Assembly: GCA_964606865.1 (NCBI GenBank)
Contig: CAZSIO010000001.1
Coordinates: 1 to 34,082 of the forward strand
Direction: 5' to 3'
DNA length: 34,082 nt
Origin: an uncultured Sideroxydans sp.
GTDB lineage: Bacteria; Pseudomonadota; Gammaproteobacteria; Burkholderiales; Gallionellaceae
A program made the position numbers and the translations under genes. The notes beneath the pieces were generated by a model. The model was not told the DNA's origin. It ran no database searches and saw only the letters and a list, made by a program, of their open reading frames with translations. The first letter of the stretch is position 1. The number at the start of each line of letters is the position of its first letter. This document shows positions 27,073 through 34,082 of the stretch, in pieces.

Positions 27073-27945
27073 TCAAGATTCCATCTTTTCTGGTTCTTGC
27101 ATGACCATCAACCATTCACCCAAGCGCCCGATACTGTCCTCGTAATCTTCCTGAGAGGCTTGAGCCACTTCCGGCACATCGCCGACCTCAATGGTGTTCA
27201 GGATCAATGTATCCATACTGTTGAAGTATTGCACCCACCACACATTCGCCAACTTCGTACTTGAGATGCGGCAATTGCCGTAACCGCGCGAAAGAATGGT
27301 CACCGTTCCCACAACCAGTATCGACGTGACGCAATCCATATCTTCAGGAGACATCGGCAACAAGGTAAGGTTGACCACATGCGTCTCATCACCCACTTTA
27401 TATTTTTTAGATTGATCCACAATTTCGGACAACACCGATAGTGCATTCATGATGCCAGGTGACTTTTCTGGTAGCTGAAAATCGGACACGACATCTTCAT
27501 GCGCCCACCGCGTCACTATAGGAGGAATAGCACAAGCCATGAGTGTGTCGCCAATGAGACGTGCGTCAGCAGCATACTCATTCACGCGCCACACGCTGGC
27601 AAATACTGTTTCTTGTATACGGAATTGACCTGAGCCTCGCACAGCGATACTCACTTCGCCTTCGCCCATCGTCTGGTTGAGCAAGCGCACGACATCCAGG
27701 TCTTTGTTGCTCAATTCGATCATGGGTATTTGTTTAGAACTCAACGGGGTCGCCTGCATCGCAGTGCGCAAAGTCTCCACGATCTGGCAAGCCGCGGCCA
27801 CTACCGCAGGGTCGGCTTCCACATTCAGGCTCGGCAACGCGAACATCGTCATCGCACTGGGGAGTGGCATAAATTGCAGTTCTTCATCTTCAGTCTGCGA
27901 GCCGGGACCGTAGGCGACGACGGGGATTGGAAAGTCTTTCATCAT
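27073..27945 (-). CDS. hupH: HupH/HoxQ (HyaF family) small-subunit chaperone
   Basis: GPGSQ, GEGEVS, VNLTLLP, LSRGYGNCRI, YFNSMDTLILNTIEV. Confidence 0.92.
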   Translation of the reverse strand: MMKDFPIPVVAYGPGSQTEDEELQFMPLPSAMTMFALPSLNVEADPAVVAAACQIVETLRTAMQATPLSSKQIPMIELSNKDLDVVRLLNQTMGEGEVSIAVRGSGQFRIQETVFASVWRVNEYAADARLIGDTLMACAIPPIVTRWAHEDVVSDFQLPEKSPGIMNALSVLSEIVDQSKKYKVGDETHVVNLTLLPMSPEDMDCVTSILVVGTVTILSRGYGNCRISSTKLANVWWVQYFNSMDTLILNTIEVGDVPEVAQASQEDYEDSIGRLGEWLMVMQEPEKMES

Positions 27946-27964
27946 TTAGCGCTCCTGATTTGGA

Positions 27965-28447
27965 TTAATGACAAGCGGATGGCTCTCCAGTGGATATCAC
28001 GGGAATACCGATTGAAGGTGCTCGCCCAATAGGCTTGTCCAACATCTCCGCGATTTCGCGCGTGTATTCATCCCAGTTGCGCATGCCGTCTATCACGCCG
28101 ACATACCCCCCATCGCGCACAAAGACCAGCGACGGCCAGCGCGCGATGCCGTAACGCGCTTTTTCTTTGCGCGCCAGATCGGGCGAAATGATCCCGGCAC
28201 GCAAACGCGCACCGGTCAATTTCAAAACTTCTGGCAAGATCACCGCCACATCCCACGTTTCAGGTTGCCGATCTGGCTCTTGCGTAAACAGCACCATGCC
28301 GTCCCCCGCCGCAGCGACGAAATCCTCCAAGCCGGTTTCATCCAACAAGGTGATGTTGCTTTGCACGCGCAAACGCTCCAGCAAGCGATCAAAACTCGCT
28401 TTGATCTCTGCCGCGCGTATCACTGAAAATTCTACCGTCTCGCTCAT
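27965..28447 (-). CDS. hupG: HupG/HoxO (HyaE family) thioredoxin-like chaperone
   Basis: ETWDVAVILPE, RWPSLVF, C-terminal PSIGIPV...CH. Confidence 0.9.
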   Translation of the reverse strand: MSETVEFSVIRAAEIKASFDRLLERLRVQSNITLLDETGLEDFVAAAGDGMVLFTQEPDRQPETWDVAVILPEVLKLTGARLRAGIISPDLARKEKARYGIARWPSLVFVRDGGYVGVIDGMRNWDEYTREIAEMLDKPIGRAPSIGIPVISTGEPSACH

Positions 28448-28752
28448 ACCCCGTCCTTTCTCAAAAAATCCGGCAGCGCGGGTTCGCGGTTCAACAGATC
28501 GGCAAAAAACATATCCAGATTAACCCCCCCGCCATCGGCCACAGCTTGCAAACCATCCAGTGCGGCATTCACCAGAGCCGCTCTCTCCGCATCGATCACT
28601 TCGCGCCCGGCATCCAGAAAAGTCATCAGCCATTGCCCGACTTCCACCTTGCCCAACAACATGGTGTTGATCACTTTCTGCCCATTGCGCCCTTCGCAGA
28701 GGGCGGAGTTCTCGTGCACCTCGATCACCCTCATTGGAATACCTAAACACAT
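28444..28752 (-). CDS. hupF: HupF/HoxL (HypC paralog)
   Basis: MCLGIPMRV...FADLLNREPALPDFLR. Confidence 0.92.
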   Translation of the reverse strand: MCLGIPMRVIEVHENSALCEGRNGQKVINTMLLGKVEVGQWLMTFLDAGREVIDAERAALVNAALDGLQAVADGGGVNLDMFFADLLNREPALPDFLRKDGV

Positions 28753-28754
28753 AA

Positions 28755-29366
28755 TCAGGCTTGCTCGCTCATGAAGCGTTCATCGCCGATGCGGCATGCC
28801 AATTCAGCCGAGGGACGGCCCGCTTCATAGTTGTCCATTTGCAGGACCTGCCGATGCGCTTCGGCCAAGCGAGTCGTGCGTGTCGTATACTTCACCCCCC
28901 ATTGCTTGGCCTGCTCCAGCGCCACTTCTAACGCGCGAGGTATCTGCGCTTTGACGATGTCGCGCAGACTGCCTCCAAAATCTTCCAACTGCTCAGGTTG
29001 CACCCCGATGAGCATCATGGATTCTGGCAAGCGGCCCGCCAATGACGCACAAGCGATGACTTCCTGAAAACCCGTCTGATGCAAACTCATCTTTTTCACC
29101 CCCATGAATCGCGGTACTTCATCATCTCGTGCTATGACCATCTCGCCAGGTTGCTTGCTGTAGTCGACCGCATCAAAGACAATCAGATAGCGCGCATCTT
29201 CAAGAAATGGCAACAGATAAAGCCCCTGCGTTCCTCCATCCAACACGGTCACATCGTCTCCGAATTCAAAGGCCGCATTCAGCGCCTCAACGCATCGAAC
29301 GCCAAAACCCTCGTCGGCCCACAAGATATTTCCGATGCCCAACACCAACAATCGCGTATTTTTCAA
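28755..29366 (-). CDS. hupD: Hydrogenase maturation endopeptidase HupD/HoxM (HyaD family)
   Basis: LGIGNILWADEGFG, DGGTQG, DAVD, SLHQ. TTG start at 29366 follows an AAGGGG RBS. Confidence 0.95.
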   Translation of the reverse strand: MKNTRLLVLGIGNILWADEGFGVRCVEALNAAFEFGDDVTVLDGGTQGLYLLPFLEDARYLIVFDAVDYSKQPGEMVIARDDEVPRFMGVKKMSLHQTGFQEVIACASLAGRLPESMMLIGVQPEQLEDFGGSLRDIVKAQIPRALEVALEQAKQWGVKYTTRTTRLAEAHRQVLQMDNYEAGRPSAELACRIGDERFMSEQA

Positions 29367-29399
29367 TTCACACCCCTTGCGTAACCATACCCGTAACAC

Positions 29400-29415
29400 A
29401 GCATGTCTCGTGCCA
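29400..29415 (-). promoter_or_regulatory. Internal sigma-54 promoter for the hupD...hyp genes
   Basis: TGGCAC-GAGAC-ATGCT (GG-N10-GC), 34 nt upstream of the hupD start. Confidence 0.7.
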
Positions 29416-29442
29416 CAGACACAAAGACATATATCTTCAATT

Positions 29443-29455
29443 AATCAAGTTGTTG
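29443..29455 (+). promoter_or_regulatory. IHF binding site
   Basis: AATCAAGTTGTTG is an exact match to WATCAANNNNTTR, just upstream of the sigma-54 site. Confidence 0.65.
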
Positions 29456-29515
29456 TAAATTATCGACATACTACGCAGCACAATAACTGACAAACTAGTT
29501 TTCAGTAAATATCGA

Positions 29516-29845
29516 TTACGGAAGGTTTCTTGCCTTTTTGAAGTACAGTAGCCTAGCCTGATACAAGTCCCAAGCAAATTGCATCTCCAGCCAGAAAGCC
29601 ACGTCCGAGCCAAAATGCAGCGCAAGGCGGACTGCCGTATCGGGTGTTACAGCGCGCTTAGCGCGCACCAATTCATTGATGCGGCGACGTGAGATACCCA
29701 ACGCCAGTGCCAACGCTTCTTGCGAGATATTGCCCGGCTGCAGATATCGCGTATCCAAAAAGCGCCCCGGATGCATGGGAACACGATGCGCCGACCAAAA
29801 AAAACGCGGGCTCCTGCCCGCGTTTACTCTCAACTTTTGCGACAT
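29516..29845 (-). CDS. higA: HigA-family (XRE HTH) antitoxin-like protein with no adjacent toxin
   Basis: PMHPGRFL, ISQEALALALGISRRRINELVRAKRAVTPDTAVRLALHFG, FWLEMQFAWDL. Start codon uncertain. Confidence 0.85.
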   Translation of the reverse strand: MSQKLRVNAGRSPRFFWSAHRVPMHPGRFLDTRYLQPGNISQEALALALGISRRRINELVRAKRAVTPDTAVRLALHFGSDVAFWLEMQFAWDLYQARLLYFKKARNLP

Positions 29846-29891
29846 TGCTCGATCATTGAGGGAAGGTTGCCGCAAGGGAATACATGCCCGC

Positions 29892-30596
29892 TCATTCGCG
29901 AAAAGTGCGCATACCGTCGATCATGGCGCTGATCATGGTCTGCCGCGACATGATGTCTTCGCGGATGGCCGTGTACACGTGCAGAATCACGAACACAACG
30001 ATGCCCCATGCCACCAGGTGATGCCAGGTGTGTACGTCCTGGCTCTGCCCGAACAGCGGGATGACCCAACTGGTGAACAGCGTATGCGACCAGTGACCTT
30101 CCTGCGCACCTTCGCCGTACAGCGCGAAGCCGGTGACCAGCATAAAGGTGCCGCCCAGCGTGATGGCCACGAACATGAACAGATGGCCTAGCGGATTGTG
30201 GCCGATGTACTTGTTCGGCTGCTTCTCCAGATACAGATACCAGCGTATCTCCTTGAGCAACCCGGCCCACCACTTCCTGTCGGTCACCGGCAGCATGAAC
30301 AACTGCCGGGCATGGTGGTTGCCCACGAACGCCCAGTACAAGCGCACCAGCAGCCCGATGGCGAACACATAACCCGCCGCAAAATGCGCGAAGCGGATAT
30401 AGCCCATGAGGAAGTTATCGCTCGCCTCGCCGCTTACGCTGGGCAACGGGCTGGCGATGAACCAGCCGGTAATGGACAGCGTAATGATGCACAGCACGTT
30501 GATCCAGTGCCAAGCGCGTACCGGTGCCTCGTACACATACACCGAGTTACCTGCTGCGGTGAGCGCGGATTCGTCGACTTCAGTTTTTACTGACAT
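29892..30596 (-). CDS. hupC: Hydrogenase b-type cytochrome (HupC/HoxZ)
   Basis: YVYEAPVRAWHW, RFAHF, GHNPL, WHH, LHVYTAIREDIMSRQ. Confidence 0.96.
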   Translation of the reverse strand: MSVKTEVDESALTAAGNSVYVYEAPVRAWHWINVLCIITLSITGWFIASPLPSVSGEASDNFLMGYIRFAHFAAGYVFAIGLLVRLYWAFVGNHHARQLFMLPVTDRKWWAGLLKEIRWYLYLEKQPNKYIGHNPLGHLFMFVAITLGGTFMLVTGFALYGEGAQEGHWSHTLFTSWVIPLFGQSQDVHTWHHLVAWGIVVFVILHVYTAIREDIMSRQTMISAMIDGMRTFRE

Positions 30597-30617
30597 GACA
30601 GTCTCCTTTCTGTCGCG

Positions 30618-32417
30618 TTAGCGAACCGTAACCTTGCTCATCTCCTGCCCGTCCGGCGACATGACGTGTGTTGAACACGCTAGACAGGGGTCGAAGCTGT
30701 GCAGGGTGCGCAGAATCTCCAGCGGTTGGTCAGCTTTGGCCAGCGGCGTGTTCATCAGCGAAGCCTCGAACGCACCGATCTGCCCTTTGGCATCGCGCGG
30801 ACTGCCGTTCCAGGTGGTTGGCACGACGCACTGGTAGTTGTCGATCTTGCCGTCCTTGATCTTGACCCAGTGACCCAGCGCGCCGCGCGGGGCTTCGGTG
30901 AAGCCTACCCCTTTTGCTTCGGCGGGCCACTTGGACGGGTCCCACTTCTCGACGTTGGCGGTGGAGGTATCGCCCGCTTTCAGGTTCGCCATCAACTTGT
31001 CGAACTGCTGCACCTGCAGGTCGGCGCAATACAGCGCCTCGATGCCGCGCGCAGCCGTGCGTCCCAATGTGGAGAACAGGGCCGTGACCGGCAGATCGAG
31101 CTTGTGCAGCACGCCATCGATGGTGTCCTTAATGATCGGATATTGCTTGGGCTGCACATAACCCAGCACCATGCGCGACAACGGTCCGACTTCCATGGCA
31201 TTGCCCTTCCAGCGCGGCGCCTTGATCCAGGAGTACTTGGCGCTCTCGTCCAGCGCCTCGATCCTAGTGCGCGTGCCCTTGAAGTTGGGTCCTTCGGGAT
31301 GATAGTTGGCTTCGGTGACGCCGTCCCATGGATGCAGACCTTTGCTCTCGTCCGCATACTTGTACCAGGAGTGAGAAACGAATTCTTGGATCTCGTCCGG
31401 GTTGCGCAGATCAATCTCGTGGATATTGTTCAGATCGCCATTGATGACGGCACCGCGCGGCAGCAGCAGATTCGGCGCGGTGTAGTCGTTGGCACGTTGC
31501 GGGATATCGCCGTAGGACATAAAGTTCTTCGACGACAGTCCACCGCCGTAGCCCCACCCCTTATAGAACGAGGCGATGGCGAGCAGGTCGGGGATGTACA
31601 CCTTCTCCACGAACTCCTTGCTGCGGTCGATGATGCTCTTGATCAGATTCAGGCGCTCCATGTTGATCGCGCCGACGGCGCCGGTGTCGTTGACGTTGAT
31701 CGCGCACGGCACGCCGCCCACCAGCCAGTTCGGGTGCGGGTTCTTGCCGCCGAAGATGGTGTGCACCTTGACGATTTCTTTCTGGAAATCGAGCGCTTCG
31801 AGGTAGTGCGTCACCGCCATCAGGTTCGCTTCCGGCGGCAGCTTGTATGCCGGGTTGCCCCAGTAGCCGTTGCTGAACGGGCCGAGCTGGCCGGATTCGA
31901 CGAACTTCTTCAGACGGTTCTGCACATCGCGGAAATAGCCGGGCGAAGACAGCGGCCAGGAGGAGATGCTCTGCGCCAGCTCGGAGGTCTTCTTCGGATC
32001 GGCCTTGAGCGCCGACACCACATCCACCCAGTCCAGCGCGTGCAGGTGGTAGAAGTGCACCAGGTGGTCGTGCACATGCAGGTTCAACTGCATCAGGTTG
32101 CGGATGGTGTTGGCGTTCTCCGGAACCTGGATGTCCAGCGCGTCTTCCACCGCGCGCACCGAAGTCAGCGCATGCGTGCCGGTGCACACGCCGCAGATGC
32201 GCTCGGTGAATGCCCATGCATCGCGCGGATCGCGGCCTTTAAGAATCACTTCCAGGCCGCGCCACATGGTACCGGTGGAGACCGCGTTGCGGATCACGTT
32301 GTTGCTGTCGAGGTTCACTTCGACGCGCAGGTGTCCTTCGATGCGGCACACCGGATCGACCACCACGCGCTTGCCGCTGTTGTCGAGCTTGAAGCCCTGG
32401 GTTTCGTAAGCTGACAT
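30618..32417 (-). CDS. hupL: Membrane-bound [NiFe]-hydrogenase large subunit (HupL/HoxG, group 1d)
   Basis: [31 protein letters not shown] followed by a 15-aa cleavable tail. Confidence 0.98.
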   Translation of the reverse strand: MSAYETQGFKLDNSGKRVVVDPVCRIEGHLRVEVNLDSNNVIRNAVSTGTMWRGLEVILKGRDPRDAWAFTERICGVCTGTHALTSVRAVEDALDIQVPENANTIRNLMQLNLHVHDHLVHFYHLHALDWVDVVSALKADPKKTSELAQSISSWPLSSPGYFRDVQNRLKKFVESGQLGPFSNGYWGNPAYKLPPEANLMAVTHYLEALDFQKEIVKVHTIFGGKNPHPNWLVGGVPCAINVNDTGAVGAINMERLNLIKSIIDRSKEFVEKVYIPDLLAIASFYKGWGYGGGLSSKNFMSYGDIPQRANDYTAPNLLLPRGAVINGDLNNIHEIDLRNPDEIQEFVSHSWYKYADESKGLHPWDGVTEANYHPEGPNFKGTRTRIEALDESAKYSWIKAPRWKGNAMEVGPLSRMVLGYVQPKQYPIIKDTIDGVLHKLDLPVTALFSTLGRTAARGIEALYCADLQVQQFDKLMANLKAGDTSTANVEKWDPSKWPAEAKGVGFTEAPRGALGHWVKIKDGKIDNYQCVVPTTWNGSPRDAKGQIGAFEASLMNTPLAKADQPLEILRTLHSFDPCLACSTHVMSPDGQEMSKVTVR

Positions 32418-32419
32418 GA

Positions 32420-33508
32420 TTATTTGCCTCCCTTGTTCTGATCTTCTTTACTGCCGCGCGCCTTGGTCAAGGCGCTGACTGCCGCGTGTGCCGCAACGGC
32501 CGCACCCGCGATTCCGGCCACCGTGCCGCCAATCTTGTCGGCATTCTCTTCGACGCCGAACTGCTTGATGCCGGTAACGCGGTTGTAGAACCCGCCCTTG
32601 TCCCAGAAGCCATCCTCGGAACAGCCGATGCAACCGTGGCCCGACTGGATGGGGAAGGACACGCCGCCGTTCCAGCGCACGGTGGAACAGGCGTTGTAGG
32701 TGGTGGGGCCTTTGCAGCCCATCTTGTACAGGCAGTAGCCTTTGCGCGCGGCATCGTCATCCCACTCTTCGACGAATTGACCCGCATCGAAGTGCGGACG
32801 ACGATAGCATTTGTCGTGGATGCGCTGGCCGTAGAACATCTTAGGTCGGCCCTGGCGATCCAGTTCAGGGATGCGGTCGAAGGTCAGCATGTAAGTCACC
32901 ACGGCGGTCATCACCTCAGCGATGGGCGGGCAACCCGGTACTTTGATGATGGGTTTGTCGGTGATGACTTTGTGTACCGGTGTGGCACGCGTCGGGTTCG
33001 GCTTGGCTGCCTGCACGCAACCCCAGGAAGCGCATGCGCCCCACGAGATGATGGCTTTCGCATCCGAGGCGGTTTCTTTCAGCACCTCAACAAAGGGGCG
33101 TCCGCCGTGGATGCAGAACATGCCGTCTTCATTCAACGGCGGATTGCCTTCCACCGCAAGAATGAAATTACCTTTGTATTTTTCTCGGATATTGGCGATG
33201 ATTTCTTCGGCCTGATGTCCGGCTGCGGCCATCAGCGTATCGTCGTAGTCCAGCGAGAGCATGGACAGCACCACGTCTTTTGCCAGCGGGTGCGCGGAGC
33301 GGATGAACGATTCAGAACAGCAGGTGCATTCCAGACCGTGCAGCCAGATCACCGGCGTGCGCGGTTTGGTTTCCATTGCATGAGCGATCTTTGGTGCAAA
33401 CGATGGCGCCAGCCCAAGTGATGCGGCCGTCAAACTACAAAACTTCAAGAAGCTACGACGCGAAATGCCTTGCCTCCGCATCACCTCATAAAATGTTTCA
33501 ATGGACAT
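32420..33508 (-). CDS. hupS: Membrane-bound [NiFe]-hydrogenase small subunit (HupS/HoxK)
   Basis: Tat signal [31 protein letters not shown]-terminal TM anchor. GGGAG RBS before ATG 33508. Confidence 0.98.
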   Translation of the reverse strand: MSIETFYEVMRRQGISRRSFLKFCSLTAASLGLAPSFAPKIAHAMETKPRTPVIWLHGLECTCCSESFIRSAHPLAKDVVLSMLSLDYDDTLMAAAGHQAEEIIANIREKYKGNFILAVEGNPPLNEDGMFCIHGGRPFVEVLKETASDAKAIISWGACASWGCVQAAKPNPTRATPVHKVITDKPIIKVPGCPPIAEVMTAVVTYMLTFDRIPELDRQGRPKMFYGQRIHDKCYRRPHFDAGQFVEEWDDDAARKGYCLYKMGCKGPTTYNACSTVRWNGGVSFPIQSGHGCIGCSEDGFWDKGGFYNRVTGIKQFGVEENADKIGGTVAGIAGAAVAAHAAVSALTKARGSKEDQNKGGK

Positions 33509-33595
33509 TTCTGTTCTCCCTTTATCAGCACAGGCAATCACTCTCACAATCCACCGTCTGCCCCTAACGGAAAATCATCCTTGCGCTGTTGATAT

Positions 33596-33611
33596 AACAA
33601 GTTCTGTGCCA
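33596..33611 (-). promoter_or_regulatory. Sigma-54 promoter for hupSLC
   Basis: TGGCAC-AGAAC-TTGTT, with an AT-rich tract immediately upstream. Confidence 0.7.
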
Positions 33612-33958
33612 CCTCAAAGAAAAGCAAATATATTACATTAAATTATGGTGTTACAAGACAGCCAGTGTGGGATGGGATCTCAAAGTCTTGCCAATCTGGC
33701 AAGCACAGATAGGGAGCGACTGGAAAGTTCGCTTCCACCTTTCACAAAATGATCGTCGACCGAATATGGACACTGCGAGAGTGCAAATATTCGAAACACT
33801 TTGTGAAAATACCTTGTGCGTCCATAGGAACAATCCCATATGGGCGGATAGATGATTATTCGGATTGGGCATAATTAAATCCTGCATCTTGGGCACGATG
33901 AGCAGGAGTCAAATCGCCCAATATTATTTCACTGAAAAAAATCTACGGTCGGCAAGGT

Positions 33959-33987
33959 TGGGCACCCTGTGGGCACAGGATGGGCAC
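33959..33987. repeat. Three TGGGCAC direct repeats at 11-bp phase
   Basis: Copies start at 33959, 33970 and 33981; a further copy is at 33890. Confidence 0.8.
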
Positions 33988-34000
33988 AACGAAGATGGAT

Positions 34001-34040
34001 AACAAAAAACTCACAAGCTCTCGCATGTGAGTTTTTTGTT
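34001..34040. terminator. Bidirectional intrinsic terminator-like hairpin
   Basis: AACAAAAAACTCACA-N10-TGTGAGTTTTTTGTT, a perfect 15-bp inverted repeat downstream of the putative tRNA. Confidence 0.7.
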
Positions 34041-34068
34041 AAGCAATTGATTATAATATGTTTTTGTT

Positions 34069-34082
34069 TGGTGGTGATAGGT
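34069..34082 (-). tRNA. Probable tRNA 3' end, cut by the window edge; isotype not visible
   Basis: Minus strand ...ACCTATCACC-A-CCA followed by an AT-rich trailer and a terminator. Only 14 nt are visible. Confidence 0.5.

Noticed and set aside
29403-29430. GCCACAGACACAAAGAC as a fifth ACACAGAG element
   Set aside because: Only a partial single arm, and it overlaps the sigma-54 site at 29400-29415, which explains the sequence better.
33651-33896. 81-aa and 62-aa ORFs upstream of hupS as an integrase remnant
   Set aside because: No tyrosine-recombinase motifs, and they overlap regulatory palindromes.

Overview
Betaproteobacterial-type chromosomal window (family not determinable without a search). 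Left part (1-6.5 kb): core genes miaB-ybeY-corC and lnt (- strand, lnt runs off the window), with marC, an S4-domain pseudouridine synthase and a membrane GGDEF gene lying on the + strand between corC and lnt; phoH/ybeZ is absent. 6.6-7.5 kb: two unannotated paralogous ~31-aa membrane micro-ORFs, then the 3' remnant of a class C group II intron. 7.5-33.5 kb: a complete minus-strand H2-oxidation cluster with an O2-tolerant group 1d membrane-bound [NiFe]-hydrogenase (hupSLC), an orphan HigA-like HTH gene, hupDFGHI-hoxT-hupK, hypABFCDEX, the H2-sensing system (hoxA, hupUV, hupT/hoxJ), nikR, a NiCoT permease, a TonB-dependent receptor and a lone tatA. The window ends in what looks like a tRNA 3' end, preceded by phased TGGGCAC repeats that suggest an island attachment end. 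The main non-coding signals are four sigma-54 promoters paired with a shared ACTGGAAA-N5-TTTCCAGT palindrome, and a family of four ACACAGAG-based inverted-repeat elements at gene junctions. All calls are from reading the sequence by eye; no searches were run.
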